A DNA stretch of 63,476 nt, filler included, from Intoshia linei (GCA_001642005.1; 6 parts of 6 records of this genome joined end to end with filler, not necessarily neighbours in it), one strand, 5' to 3'; positions 11,644 to 30,543 are shown, counted from the whole stretch's first letter. Made by a program: numbers and translations. The notes: a model not told the origin generated them from the sequence alone.

Positions 11644-14600
11644 TTACAATTCATCTGATTCTTTATTTGGTTCATCTGTTTCTTCACAATTCATTATTGT
11701 CTACATTTTAATGTAATATTAATTGCTTTAGTTTTAGTTTAAAAAAATTTAAACCTTGATAGTTTCCGCAAAATGCATTGTAGCTTCACATAATTTTTTC
11801 AATTTAACATTTTCTGTGTTTAACTTTTTTGATTCTTCTATTAACTATAAAATTTTAATCAACTGAGTTCATATTCTATATATGGTTCTCGTGCGCGGGT
11901 CCATTATGCCATTTTTGTGAAAAAAATTTCATTGATACTATCAAATGTAGTTTAAACCAGGCATTCTCAACCCTTTTTTAGCTGTGGACCCCAAAAAAAT
12001 TAATAATACAGTCCAACCTCGGCGTGGGGATACTCGGTTTTTGGCGAACTTTTTCAGAATTATGTTAATTTTATAGTATTTAAATCGATGGCATAGCAAT
12101 ATATGTGAAATTAACCCCGCTTTTGGGGCAAAAATGTTGTAAATACATAAGAATAATAAGTATAATTTCTACAGTGATGACATTAAATTAAAAATTATAT
12201 TTATTTGAATATTTTACATACATTTTCATATGTATTTATCAGAATTCATTCATTTTTCATTATGCCTATATTTTAATATGATAAATTATTAATTACTATT
12301 CTAGATTAGAAAGTAACTATAATTCTAAAAATTAAGTATATAATTTAAAAAATATTCATAACTTTGATTTGAGATTTTTATTATATTTTGTTTTTCAGGT
12401 ATTTACCTGAAAATGTCACCCTAAACCGTGTTGGACTCTAATAGAAACAAATATATCATAATATATTGCAATAGTTTAAATATTCAATGAAAAATTAGAT
12501 AACTTACTAAAACCCCTGTTTTTGGGACACTTCAAAAAATGGTGCCCCAATCCGAGGTCCGACTGTAATGACAATGAATCATTACATTTAAGTGAAACGA
12601 ATGATGGTCAAAAGACATGGAGTAATCTATTTTTGCGAGATGATAAACTTGATAAACTATTAATATTAACCTTTAACCCGTCAATGTTCCCAAAATAGAA
12701 CATGTTTTTCAGGTATTGTTTACAGTACATTATTAATTGTTTACTACATATTTTATCAGATCAATAAAAAGTTTATATTATCTATCTTCCCTGTGAAAAA
12801 TTAATATTTTATATCCTTTGGTTGATGTTTCATAAAATCATAAATATTGACTGATTTTTTGTCCCATTTTCAATTTGAAATTTAAAGCTTTTTTTATGAC
12901 TAGAAACTTGGCTCGGTCATAAATTTTAATAAAGTAATTAAATAAAACCGCTGCTCCTAAAATAGAACAATGGAGGTTTTCTAATAAGTTTTTACACTTG
13001 TAAGTAATTTAATTTAATACCAAAGAATTTACTTTTACATGATTTGCACGTTTTATATTAGTATTTCTGAGCCTTTATGTTTTAAAANCTTGGTTGATGT
13101 TTCATAGAATCATGAATATTGACTGATTTTTTGTCCCATTTTCAATTTGAAATTTAAAGCTTTTTTTAAGACTAGAAACTTGGCTCGGTCATAAATTTTA
13201 ATTAAATCAAAACGCTGCTCCTAAAATAGAACAATGGAGGTTTCCCAATAAGTTTTTACACTTGTAAGTAATTTAATTTAATACCAAAGAATTTACTTTT
13301 ACATGGTTTTTACGTTATATAATTAGTATTTCTGAGTCTTTATGTTTTAAAAACGACTTTATGTTATTGAAAATGTTTATAATATGTAATAAATGTATAT
13401 AATTTTCATGGACCCCAAAAAAGTGCTGTGGACCCCGTTGAGAATGGCTGGTTTAAACTATATATTATTGTAGACTAAAAATTAGTTTTTGATACATGAA
13501 GGCCTCAATTTCATGGAATAAAATTTGCTATAAAAAATTACTTGAAAAGCTACAGAATTCTCTATAACTCACCATTCTTGAGATTTCAAAAAAGTTGGTA
13601 AGATAGAGAATTTAAAATATAGAAACCTTCAAATTAAAAATTTAATACAAAATGATTAAAATGTAATTTATCAAAAAATTCATTTTTAAATTAATTATTT
13701 TCTAAAAATTACATTTTAATTAATAAATGGGTTTACTAAATAGTAAATCAGTAAATAGAATATAAACAATTTTTTGTAAGCGCAATATATATCCCTTTTT
13801 AAATGTATTATTCATCTGCTTTATTAAACCTTCTTTTGCGATTTAGAAGCCTTTTAAATTTCAATGTGATTTAAAACTTAAGTAATAAAATTGTAACTAA
13901 TTTTGACAAATGGTTTTAAAACTTTTAGTTTTATATTTTAAATTAATGGCGAGTTATAGAATAAAATGTTAATATTTATATATTACAGTAATAACTATAT
14001 GACGAGTTGTGGAGAGAACAGATTTAAACCTTTAGCAGATTTAGGCCCTTTAAGCAGAGCAATTTATGATTTATATATGGGCACAACAAAAATAAGAAAC
14101 GGAAACTAAAGTGTTCAACTAAGTTAATCTGAAACTCGGGAAACTATTCTATCTTGGACTTGTAAAACTTATAAAATGTATTTCATTTCAAAAGTTTTGA
14201 TTACGATTTTGGCGACTTTGTACATAATCAAAATACAAAAATTACACAGTACATTCAAAATTGGATGAACTATTAAAATTAACTAACGGTTACAAATTTT
14301 TTTTTAAATTTAATGTTGTTACTCACACAGCTGTGAATCTGAAAATATTGGTGGTATGTACATTGTACACTAGAGGTGTGATTTTGTATACTTTTTTTCG
14401 AAATTTCATGGTCCAAATACTGATAAAGTTGCGTGTGATAGTTTCATGATAATCAAAAAATTTACTTTACTTTTTATTGTTTTTACTATTTTTTAATATA
14501 CGCATAACAAATTGGTACAGTGTGTATATTATAGTAAATTAATTTGCTCATGAGTTTAAACTTTAAAGTAATCAATATTAATCTCAAATACACTTTATAT

Positions 14601-14922
14601 ATCAATGAATAGGAACAATTTGTAAACATTTAAAATCAAAATTTTCATGTGCCCGAGCTGGAAACCCGTTCTATATTAGAAAGTTACCGTTTCGTTGCGT
14701 TCCAATTCTGTGGATAAAGATTTTTTTAAATTATCGCATGATTCTTTCCAGTAAGTTGGTTTATTTAAATTTTCTAAATAAAAAAAAGATAATTTATTTA
14801 TCGATTATGTACTAGTCATTTCAGATTTACATTTGTTACAGTATTGTTCATGCTAGAGAAAATTTTGTTTATTTATAATAATAATTAATTGCCTTCATTT
14901 GTTTGGTTTTTAAATTAGACAT
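11644..14922 (-). CDS. GMNN: Geminin-like coiled-coil protein, 100 aa; exons 14922-14893, 14852-14813, 14773-14688, 11844-11755, 11700-11644
   Basis: Spliced ORF MSNLKTKQMK HEQYCNKCKSEMT KNLNKPTYWKESCDNLKKSLSTELERNET LIEESKKLNTENVKLKKLCEATMHFAETIK TIMNCEETDEPNKESDEL*. YWK..(R/K)..L...L..NE.L...EN..L.......AE.I plus an acidic tail matches the geminin coiled coil; all phases are consistent; intron 1 is GC-AG. Confidence 0.75.
11958..13450. mobile_element. hAT non-autonomous element in geminin intron 3
   Basis: TIRs caggcattctcaac / gttgagaatggctg; perfect TSD GTTTAAAC at 11950-11957 and 13451-13458. Confidence 0.88.
12009..12565. mobile_element. Tc1/pogo-type MITE nested in the hAT element
   Basis: TA|cagtccaacctcgg..ggg ... 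cccc..ccgaggtccgactg|TA. Confidence 0.75.
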
Positions 14923-14949
14923 TTCCAAATAATTTGGTAAAATTTAAAA

Positions 14950-14956
14950 TTCGCGC
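14950..14956. promoter_or_regulatory. E2F-like site upstream of geminin-like gene
   Basis: TTCGCGC 28 nt upstream of the predicted ATG. Confidence 0.4.
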
Positions 14957-16179
14957 AATTATCGTCTCGTAAATTAAGTTAACATCTTTAGTGGTGTCAC
15001 TATCGTATCAGTACGTAGATTCATTACATTCAATGCAATTACGTTTATATGCAATGCTTTTTTTCCATTATTATTTATTTTATAAAAATTATAGCTCATT
15101 TTATCATAGAGGCGCTCATTTATAAATTTATGTATTATATTGGAATGGTGGCGTTAGTTTAAAAAGATTGAGAACCCCTGATTTAGATGACGAGAAAATA
15201 GGTACAAGCATGAACGATACTATTGAAATTAAGTCGGTTAAGTTAATATTTATCTCGAAATACCGAAATTTTTTTATTTTTTTCACCGGTGATGGTCCGT
15301 CGATCTGAACTTGTGAACCATTGAGTTAACTTATCGTTAAGAAAATAACGTATATTCAATGATGGGTAGGTCAACAATTTATTCAAATAAAACAATCAAT
15401 TTTTGTAAAGATTCATCTGAACAACCTTTAACCAGAAATAAATCTTTTAAATCTAAAATAAATAGTAATACATGAACCAAATTAAATTACATCTTAGAAT
15501 GTAGCTTTTATTTTCAACAAATATTTCATATTGTGCAAAAAGATTTTGTACATTATTATTTTTATCAAGATTCAAGTTACTTTGCATTAAAATACAAATA
15601 TATTTATGAATTGCATTCAACATGGCATCATAAGCACAAATTATTGGATTCATTACATTTCCAGGTATCAATAACCTACAAAATCAAAAATATAATTCAA
15701 AGATCTCTAAATTTTCATATACGGAATCCGTACTACGGACCCAAGTTTTCAATACTTTCTGGTGTTAATTAAAATTAATAACTGAAATGTACTTTTTTTT
15801 AAAAAATACGCGGGATAAATACATAATTTTCAATTTAAATGTACCAACCTAGATCCCTACACCGGCCGAATTTCTTACCCACCCGTGTCATCAAAATTTG
15901 GCATTTGTTCATGATTCATGACCACTAGCCTCTCCAATTTTCGATATATTATCCATTACACATTGACGGGAAAGGTGAAAATTGATACAAAAAATCATTT
16001 AGGTACAAATAAATAAATGGTATATTATTTTTAATTGGGCCCTCTATACTCATGCGTCAACATTTTTAAAATTTTTTTTCTGGTGATTCTCTAGTTGGAC
16101 CACGAGCGTGGAGAGGGTTATATGGCCCGGGCTACAATCATGAGGGCCTACTTTTTTAATTAATATTCTTAATTAAAAA

Positions 16180-16325
16180 GGGTGTCTACTTAAATCCAAC
16201 TATTTTTACTTAAATCTAATTTAAAACTGTAATTTTCTCTAAAGGGTTTTTAAAATCGAATTTTTCCTTTTAGTGTTGGTAAATTTTGATTTTTAGTAAA
16301 AATGGTTAGATTTAAGTAGACACCC
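16180..16325. mobile_element. Palindromic MITE (relative at ~22632-22860)
   Basis: TIRs gggtgtctacttaaatc / gatttaagtagacaccc; internal ttggtaaaat-type repeats shared with 8115-8250, 18000-18170 and 28895-29110. Confidence 0.7.
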
Positions 16326-16546
16326 TTTTATTAATTTATTAATAGTTAATATTGGAAAATTTCATAAGTATACACTCCGTCCAATAATTATAACACTATC
16401 ATTTTGTTAATAACAATTATATTTGTAGATCAAAATTTATGAAAATTGGAATGTTGGGCATGCACAATGTAAGGTGGTCATATTAAAAAAATTAATTGAA
16501 AAAAAACAAAATTAACTAAAGTTTTTTAATAAAAACGTTAAAAATA

Positions 16547-16646
16547 NNNNNNNNNNNNNNNNNNNNNNNNNNNNNNNNNNNNNNNNNNNNTTAATTAATT
16601 AANNNNNNNNNNNNNNNNNNNNNNNNNNNNNNNNNNNNNNNNNNNN
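16547..16646. other. Assembly gap with artificial TTAATTAATTAA spacer (also ~35144-35243, 42286-42385, 57407-57506, 61588-61687)
   Basis: Identical 12-mer giving stop codons in all six frames, centred in 100-nt N runs. Confidence 0.95.
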
Positions 16647-17060
16647 CTTTCTTCGTCTGTTTCCTCAATTGGAAGCTTTTTCAGGTAGCCAAGATAACTT
16701 AAAATTTCTTTTAAATGCTGAATAGTCATGTTCACTACCCAAAAAAGCATCCTGAGAAAATAACGCATAGTGAGGTGGAGTGGTCATTACAGCTACCTCT
16801 TTTTTCAAAGCATTCATCTTATTCTTACAATCGTACATCTTTTTGGCATTAGTTCTACCCCGTGTGGTCTAAAATGTCAATAAAATAAGTAAAATTAATA
16901 GTATAATACTTAAACATCCTTAGAGAAGTGCTATCTACGGTCAGTCCTATAAATGGGAAATTTCTATCAAGTTTTTGTAATCGTTTCTTGTTACTCCACC
17001 ATTTTTCAAACAAAAGTTCCAAAAATGGAATTCTCATTCTTTCTATTGTTTTTTGAATTA
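16647..17060 (-). pseudogene. PIF/Harbinger-like transposase fragment
   Basis: FPFIGLTVDSTS..FKP and AKKMYDCKNKMNALKKEVAVMTTPPHYALFSQ..GSEHDYSAFK resemble the DDE_Tnp_4 core; frameshift and stop; 41-nt GT-AG intron at 16869-16909. Confidence 0.65.
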
Positions 17061-17209
17061 AATTCGCATTAATTACAAATATTTATAATATACAACTGAT
17101 TGATAATAAAATAACTCGTTTAATTTTAAAATAATAGAAACCATGTCATTTATATTGGTTATCATCATGTATATAAATAAATTTAATTCGTAAAGTTTTA
17201 ATTTAATTC

Positions 17210-20200
17210 CATTCATCTCGACATAATTATGTTACATCGCATTTCATCCACTGTATAATATACAGTTATAATTATATTATATTAAATTAATAATTATATT
17301 AATTAATTATAATTATAATGTAATTCAATTTCAAATATCTCAATAATCTCAATAATGACTCGATAAATTTTAAAAAATAAAAACCTAAATAGTTGAAAAC
17401 ATTGCGGTGAAATACTGTACGGCTACGGAATTAGTTATACTAACCATTATGTTATTGTTATGAAAATAAAAATTACAGAATGTTCAATTTCATGGATTGT
17501 AAGTGACTGTAGAAAACTTTCAGCTAAAATAGAGGATAGAAATGAACAAAATTCATTTTTTTGACTTTGAATGTGTTCATCTACCAAAGAAATTCCGTCA
17601 ACGACACTTTCATTTAAATATGCATGCTTCTAATGAAAAGTATTATTCAATACAATAATAATAGTACACGTAACATGTATTATAAATAAAAATAGATATT
17701 TAAAAATAGTAAATTATATAATTAGTGTTAGGAATTTAATGTGACGTCGACCCATTTTTTCGTTGAAAGGTCTTCAACTGCATTAATTGCAAATATACTA
17801 CAATATGTAATATAAATATTTCCTAGAGTTGTACAATGTACATGATCAAGGGTAATCGATTTGCTGGGACCAGCAAACTTTTTTAAATATATAAATAACT
17901 AATTTGTAAAATGTAAACTGAATACAATGACGCTTGTGAATTTTCACAACTTTTTAATGTTTAGAACTAAGTACTCGGGAAAAGGGAGGTTACCTTCATG
18001 GTTGCTAAAATTTTGGTTTTATATTTTGTGGTTGGATTAACAGTTTTTTCTCGAAAGGTTTGGTAAAATTTATGTTTTCAAAAAAATGTAGGACAAAAGA
18101 TTTTACCTTAAATAAAGGGTTGGTAAAATTATATTTTCTATTTTGGTGTTGGATTAAAAGATTTTTACATATAGTGCTTGAAATGGAATTTTTAAATAAT
18201 AATTTAGCAGTCGTCTAGGCTTTGGAATAAAATCCCAACATTTGGCAAATTATTTTACAAAAATAAAATAATTTTTTCATTTTGCCAGTAATAAAACCAG
18301 AAATGCTGGTAACACCTTTGGTAATAACTCATTGAGCTGATGGCTACAGAAATGAAATTATACATATGATCAAATTGAATAAACTCATAAAATAGAAATT
18401 CTGAAATGACGAAAAATAACGGTTCTTAACAAATAATAAGTTATTGTAAATAAATAATTTCATAAATAAATAACAAAAAATAATAATAATAATAATATTT
18501 TTTAAGTTTTAAAAATTAGTCTAAATCTATTAAAATTAGCTAGGGTTTTTAAGGGAATTTTTTTAAACCTTAAAAACCCTACCAAATCTTGGGACCAAAA
18601 TTATCTTCAAAATCTTTAAAACTGGGTCAAAAAAATAATAAAAATAATAATAAATATAATATAATAACAAATATAATATAATAATATAATAAATAATAAT
18701 CAAAATAATATGATTAATTAGCAAAATCTATAATTATGTCGCTCTAAGTCAGGGGTCGGCAATCAATGGCCAACAGAATAAATTTGGTGGTCCCTTTGAG
18801 TAAATATGTAAATTATTTATTTTTAAATGTTTCAACTTTAAAACACTGTTTTAAACATTTTTACTATAATCGGCTCATTATAATCCTTTTAATACTGAAT
18901 TTTTAGATCGTACCAGATTTTATTTTGTTGAATATACTAGAAACGATTCTCTTCAGTTAAAATTGAAATCTATCATGTGTAAATTTTCAAAAACGAGGCC
19001 TATACAATTTTTTTTATATAAAAAAGGACCCATGAGATGCAAAAGGTTTCCTACCCCTACTTTAAAGTGTATCGCTTAACTGAATAGTCGCCTTGTTTCA
19101 TCCAATAATTATTATAATAGTAATAATCGAATAAAACAAATTGTTTTAAACAATACATGCCTGAATAATAGTTAGAATGCATACATTAACAAAAGATTCT
19201 ACTTTAAAACGGGACATAATCCAAAAAAAGTAAATATATTCTATCTAATTTTATTTCGTTTACTTTATATAAGTAAGGATGAAATAACAATTTTTATTAT
19301 TTGAAAAAATAATTAAGAGAAAAATTTTTGGAGCCATAGGAAAATACATTATAATAAAGGGCCATATGCAGCTGAATATACCGTACCGAGTTTCAGAGAG
19401 TGTACATTTTACAACCAAATATAAAACGGATAAATAAAATGAAACCTCATTTGTAGCCACATTTTTTGAAAAATAATACATCATATCTAGAAATTAAAAT
19501 ACATACAAAGTAATAAAATAATAGATTACTTTTAATTTTAGAAAAATCGACATTAATTGATGTTTCCACTAAATCATCACTAAACGGTTTGAGGTGATAA
19601 CGTAAGACATAAAAATGTTTGCAAACAAATAAATGAGACTCACTAACCTAAAAATCTTAAATAAAAACAAATGATGAACATACGCCATTCTTGGCTTTTA
19701 ACAGTTGTCCAGCATGTAAAATTGATTCGATGCAGGCTCTAATGACATCTAATGAAATATTCCGAAAAGATTCTTTCTAAAAATAAATAATAAACTCAAT
19801 AAATTATAAGAACCAAATATTAACAATATTACACTCCATAATTATGGATATTATAAAAAACTAGAATGCAGTGCCGAGCTTACCTTATCACAACGAAATG
19901 TTTGAGCCTCAAATTAAATTTTACCAAATTGGACATTAAAAAAATTATATTCTTAACCCTTTCACTGTCTGTGTATTCTATACTATACACAGCAATTTCA
20001 TTTGACACGTCTGTGTATTCTATGATATACACAGCATAATTTTGAAAAACTTTATTCTTTTATTTTCATACATTTTCACATAAGTAATTTAAAAATAATA
20101 CAAGTTTAAATTAAAACATAAATTCCAGACGTGTGGTGAATGTACATAAAATTGCATCAGACAATGAAAGGGTTAAACATCATAACTATTTTGTGTGTTA

Positions 20201-23200
20201 AATTTAAAATGTCATCTCAAGAGTCTTAGAGAGATGGCTAAGAGCCATAAATTTTTATATTACTACGAACCGTTTGGAAAAAAATTTTAAAAATTTCATA
20301 TTTTCATTTTCGGGTAGCCTTGAGCTTGCTAGGTTGGACTCGTCTAGTATGAATGACATTTCAATTTAAAATATTACATCCAAACATCGAAATAATTTAA
20401 TCAAACATTGAATGGTTCTTCTTATAGTAGGATAATACAATCCCAAATAGTCAGACGTTCCAATATCTAAAGCAAATTGATAACGTATAGAGTGTCCTAC
20501 ATTTTGAATAATCTTGATTTAAGTTTGATTTGTTTTGTTCCTTTTCAATTTTCTGGAATAATTAAATTAAATCAAATTTAAAGTTAAATTAATAATTGAA
20601 TACATTCATCATTTCAATTAAGGCAGGGTAATTCAAATCTGTTGCTGATGGATTATATTTTTTAATTTCTGAATCAGCATAAACGTAACTCTTGAAAATC
20701 AATCTTTCTTGGACATCTCCCATTAGCTGCAGACAAAAGTTTTGATATGGGGATTGTTTCACTTCTAAAATGGTTTCAAGAATAACAAGAATCAACGACA
20801 GATATTTTAAGTGTTGATACCATTTTGAAAAATTGTAGGATCAGCCAATTCCATCTAAATTTCAAACCTGTAAAATTCTTAAAATGACAATTACAGCAAG
20901 AAAACACGACATGTCGGTTAACGTTTCCAAATGATCAGTTTTTAAAATATCTTCTCGAATTATACCATAAAAATAATTGGAAATTTCTTCAATAAATTCT
21001 CTAAATAATAAGTATTAAAAAATACAATATTAACACATTTTACCTCAATAAAGGAGAATTAAATTTAAAACATTTCGAAAAAATGCAAGTTTCATCAGTG
21101 GACCAAGTAGAAATTAAAGATAATGATTTTTTCAACTAAATTATTAAATAATAATATATAATTGTTTAATTTTTTGATAAAATAATTAAATATTAAATAA
21201 TGGAACTTACAATATTTATATGAGAAGATGAATTAAAAATGATTATACTTTTTAGTAAATTGCGTATAATTGACAAAATGATACTTCTACGACAATCTAT
21301 CCACATTTTATATAATTTTTCCAACAACATGCGGCAACTGAAATAGAATGAATTCAAATTGAAATAAAAATTTTAATTTTAATTTACCAATGATATTTTG
21401 ATACGTTGTTCTCAATCAAACTGACTACATTCGCGTAATTAATAGTAGCAGCTCTTTCAGCATCTATGCGCAATTTAAAAAGCACGTTAATATAATTGTT
21501 TTCATCTTGTGTTTTTGGGAGTTGAACTTGACGAATCAATGAAACACATTGTAAATTGAAATAATTTTCAATACGCATAGACACATTATCAAAAAAAGAT
21601 TTATACATGGCATGATATTTTGAGTATTCACAAAACTTTTTCTAAAATAACAAAATCAATAATCATACAAGTGACAAATGTTTTCAACTTTATTCTGTAC
21701 CCTATAAAAACAACATTTTCAACCTTTTTTCGCAGTATAACTTTTAAAATATTGGGTAAACCTTTAAATCAGGGGTTGGCACCCTTTTTCGTGTAACGGG
21801 GCACACTGCACATTTTATTGTATCGCGGGCTGCACCAAGAAAAATTACACAATTTCACTTCGTTCCCTTTTTTAAAAATATTTTTTTTAATTAATATTAA
21901 AAACCCTTATACATATCTCACTTGTTTAAGAATATTTTAAGGTTAATAATCAATAAAGTTACTCCTTAAATGTAATTTAATGCATTAAATTCTCATATTC
22001 GGCAGAATTTATAAAAAAATGTTAAATCATTATTGTTTATTATTAACATAATTCACTCATACTTATGAGTGATTTTGTTTTTTTCTGGAGTTGAATAAGG
22101 TTAAATGCTACTTCTACCATTAATTAAATTTAAATTATTCAAAATTTTTAATTTCACTCACGGGCAGCAAAAATTGATAAGAGGGCCACACTTTGCCCAT
22201 ATATGCTTTAAATCATGACTAATTAATACAAAAAAATTATAAAAGTACATTTTCAGATATAAAGGTGTATCCATCAATAATCATAATAAAATATGTTGCA
22301 AAGTGTTCAGAGTCAACTTTAAAATCTTTATATTCCAACATCTAAACGGTTTTAGAAAAAAAAATTTAACCTTACTTTACTAATTTTATCTGTATTTTCA
22401 AAATATTTTAAAATTTTCTCTGTATATTGAATACATTTTTCAGTAAAAATCTAAATTATCGAAAATATTAATTTTTAATTAAAACATGATACAGCTAGAG
22501 AAAGATAAAGTGAATAAAGTCCATTTTTAGTGTACCAAATAGATTACAAAAATTCTTTACATAAAGGTATGATACCAATACAATGTAAATAACGCTTTTT
22601 GAAATTATAGTATCATACCAATAAAATAAAAAGAGTGTCTACTTAAATCCAACCATTTTTACTAAAAATCCAGTTTTACCAACCCTAAAAAGCAAAATTC
22701 GGTTTTAAAAACCCATTAGGGAAAATTTCAGTTTTACCAATCTTTAATGGAAAAATCCAGTTTTACCAACCCTATTAGGAAAAATTACATTTTGATTTTT
22801 AGTAAAAATGGTTGGATTTAAGTAAAAATGGTTGAGTTTAATTAAAAATGGTTGGGGTTAAGAATATTCTCAAGTAAAAATATAAACCACGAACAGTCAA
22901 CACTGCAAAATAAAACTACTTAAGTGTTTCCAACCTGGTTGATGCCTCCTACTGGGTGATGATATAATTTTATAAAATAAAAACTAGGTGAAATTAAATT
23001 TTTGCTAACCCAACCGTCAAAAAAAGGCAACACTGATTGGTGTTGTTCTCTTAATTTTTGGATTTAATAATTGTAAACAGATAAATAAAATTACATGTTC
23101 TTTTTGCATTTTAGCAACATTTTCGGTTAAAAAATTATACTTTTCCTTAACAGCTTCCATATTCTTTAAAACAATTTTATTTTTATCGCATAATTTTTTG

Positions 23201-23594
23201 TATTTTCTATTTATATCGGAAATACGACTATCGATATTATTCAATTTATTTTCACATCTGCTAAAAAATAAAAATATACAATAAAAAAATTTAAAATAAC
23301 GACAGGGCTTACAACCACTTTTAATGATTGCAACGATTCCGAGAATATTTGTCCGTATTTGAATTAAAATAATAATATTATCTTATTAAAATGAAAATAT
23401 CATGGAATCAGTGCCAAAAACACCGAAAATGATTGAAAATCCCTCATTTTGAAATTAGGTAATTCAAAAAATAAGAATCAAAAAACCAAAAAAGTTCATT
23501 TTGTTTCTTCTTGTAGTGTGTTTCCTTGAATAAAAGGTACTAAAACATAAATAACCACAAAACCAAATTAAACCTGTTCTAGTAAATCATTCAT
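17210..23594 (-). CDS. COG3: Conserved oligomeric Golgi complex subunit 3 (multi-exon; both ends approximate)
   Basis: LMGDVQERLIFKSYVYADSEIKKYNPSATDLNYPALIEMM and LYYPTIRRTIQCL match COG3/Sec34 (DVQERLVYR..Y.P...DL.YP; WYPTVRRTLVCL); HLETLTDMSCFL; many short introns. Confidence 0.85.
18750..19059. mobile_element. hAT MITE (uninterrupted relative of 6533-7926)
   Basis: caggggtcggcaa ... tttcctaccccta; internal sequence is the diverged reverse complement of 6533-6748 joined to 7831-7926. Confidence 0.75.
19957..20172. mobile_element. piggyBac-like MITE
   Basis: TTAA|ccctttcactgtctg ... cagacaatgaaaggg|TTAA. Confidence 0.85.
21770..22205. mobile_element. hAT MITE
   Basis: caggggttggca ... 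tgcccatatatg; perfect TSD CTTTAAAT at 21762-21769 and 22206-22213. Confidence 0.8.
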
Positions 23595-23850
23595 TCTGTA
23601 CACGTAACAATAAATTTTAAATGATTTTAATTTTATTGAATTACTATCGAATCTAATGCATATAATTCAAACATTATTGAGAATCCTTGAACGAAATGAA
23701 AATTTAATCAACAATTTAGCAGAATCGAAACCAATGAGACTGGCTGCTCGTATCACTGCCAATACTTTTATAAATGTGAAAAATAAAATGGACTCAATGA
23801 AAAACGAAAATATAATTGAAGATGTAAAAAAATATTTTAAAAAGTAAATT

Positions 23851-24563
23851 TTAAATTTTATTTTTTCGTTTTTTTACAGACAAAGGATTAGCACCCTTGG
23901 CAACGCGTTTCCGTGACCTATGAGTGGTAGCCTTATTAATGGTTTGTTTGAGTTCTCTGCGTTTAAGGTGTTTGAGTCGTTTAGTTTCATCTTTGGTATC
24001 ATTTTCTAGTACATTCTTTTTTAATTTGTGAGATTCCAATGTTAAACTATTTCCATGCAAGTATAATAGAGGATTCAATTTAGTATTTCTAATTTTATCA
24101 GATAAATCCGGATCCTTTAATTGATTTATTTTAAAATAATGATTGTAATTTTACCTGTGTAGCTGCAATGAATGTTTTATATTTTTCATTGAAAATTGAA
24201 TATTTTAAGCAATTTACAGCAGGATAAGTGACGTTTTTATCATGCGAGCAATCAAGAATCACAAATTGTTCCAATATTTTGACTACACCGTTCATCATTT
24301 TCCCTAAAAAATTAATTAATATTTGTCAATATATAAAATTATTTACCAAAATTTTTGCATTCACTGATTATGCATTTCGTAGTGTACAGGTGAACTTGTG
24401 CCTTAAAATATCTGGGAATCTGTTCATATAAATCTACTTTATTTTTGAGTGCTATGGAACAAAATGTTCCATCGACAAGAATATGATATGGTGGTTTTAA
24501 TTTACATACAGTTTCATAATATTTCAATATATTTTTGACATTTTTCTGACGTTTCAGAGTCAT
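23851..24563 (-). CDS. UTP23: rRNA-processing protein UTP23 (PIN/Fcf1 family; 3 exons)
   Basis: MTLKRQKNVKNILKYY..PPYHILVDGTF; FIAATQDPDL; PLLYLHGNSLTLE; C-terminal AKGANPLSVKKRK. Confidence 0.92.
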
Positions 24564-24647
24564 TTCAGATTATACTAATTAATAAATAAAAGTTTAAATT
24601 ACACTAAACGACGAAAACTTTAATATAAGTTAAAATTTATTTACAAA

Positions 24648-29815
<5,168 letters not shown>

Positions 29816-30028
29816 TTTAATCAAATTTTGCGCTGAAACCGGTTAAAATTGCTATGCAATAAATGTGTTTCTTTAGATACTTTTAATTATAAACTACAAA
29901 TGTACGAAATAATAATTTAGTCAAGTATCACGATTGTTTTCTCGTTTGTATTGTTCTAAAATTTTCAAAACTATAATTATAACACGTCGTAATCATTTAT
30001 TAACAATTATAATTAAACATTGACATGC

Positions 30029-30543
30029 TTATATTTTTGGAGAAAACGATACGCCACAGGAGCATGCCAACTGGGAATTTGGATTATTTAATACAACAAA
30101 AGATGATCTTATTAATTCAGAAGCATATTCTATGGTAGATCCTTTTATGAATTCAATAGAAATTTTATCAATGATTAGTTTTAAACCATTTTCATCAAAC
30201 AATCTAAATATTTTAAATTTACTCGTCACATTAGTGTATATTACATATCATCTTTTTCAATGTTTGTATCAATAGTAAAATTGTAGGTATACCCTGAACA
30301 ACCTCCAGTATCTACCAGGATTCTCAACATTTTGTTTTTACCTAGAGAAGCCAGTTTCTAAATTTTTTTTTAATTTTTTTATTTTATCAAATAGACTTTT
30401 TTACTATTTTCTGTCATTGTTATGTTGTACTTAGTAAAATTGTTTACATTGTGTGATGAATAATATTTGCAACAAAAGTGTTCATATTTTATTGGATTTA
30501 TTAAGTTTAAACCATTTTTAATCAATTTGATACGAGATTGCAT
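30029..30543 (-). CDS. ISCA2: Iron-sulfur cluster assembly 2 homolog, mitochondrial (3 exons)
   Basis: LRILVDTGGCSGYTYNF; IEFIKGSTIEYASELIRSSF..NNPNSQLACSCGVSFS. Confidence 0.92.

Noticed and set aside
12818-13360. Tandem duplication of about 270 nt
   Set aside because: Copies flank a single N (13088), consistent with an unmerged contig or haplotype overlap; the enclosing hAT TSDs support the join itself.
15453-15960. Possible minus-strand gene fragments between geminin and the first gap
   Set aside because: Could not build a stop-free spliced model or recognise a family.
16591-16602. Recurrent TTAATTAATTAA as a biological repeat or CRISPR-like element
   Set aside because: Always centred in 100-nt N runs; a six-frame stop spacer added at assembly or scaffolding.
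23656-23847. 63-aa plus-strand ORF between COG3 and UTP23
   Set aside because: No recognisable motif or splice support; cannot be distinguished from a chance ORF.
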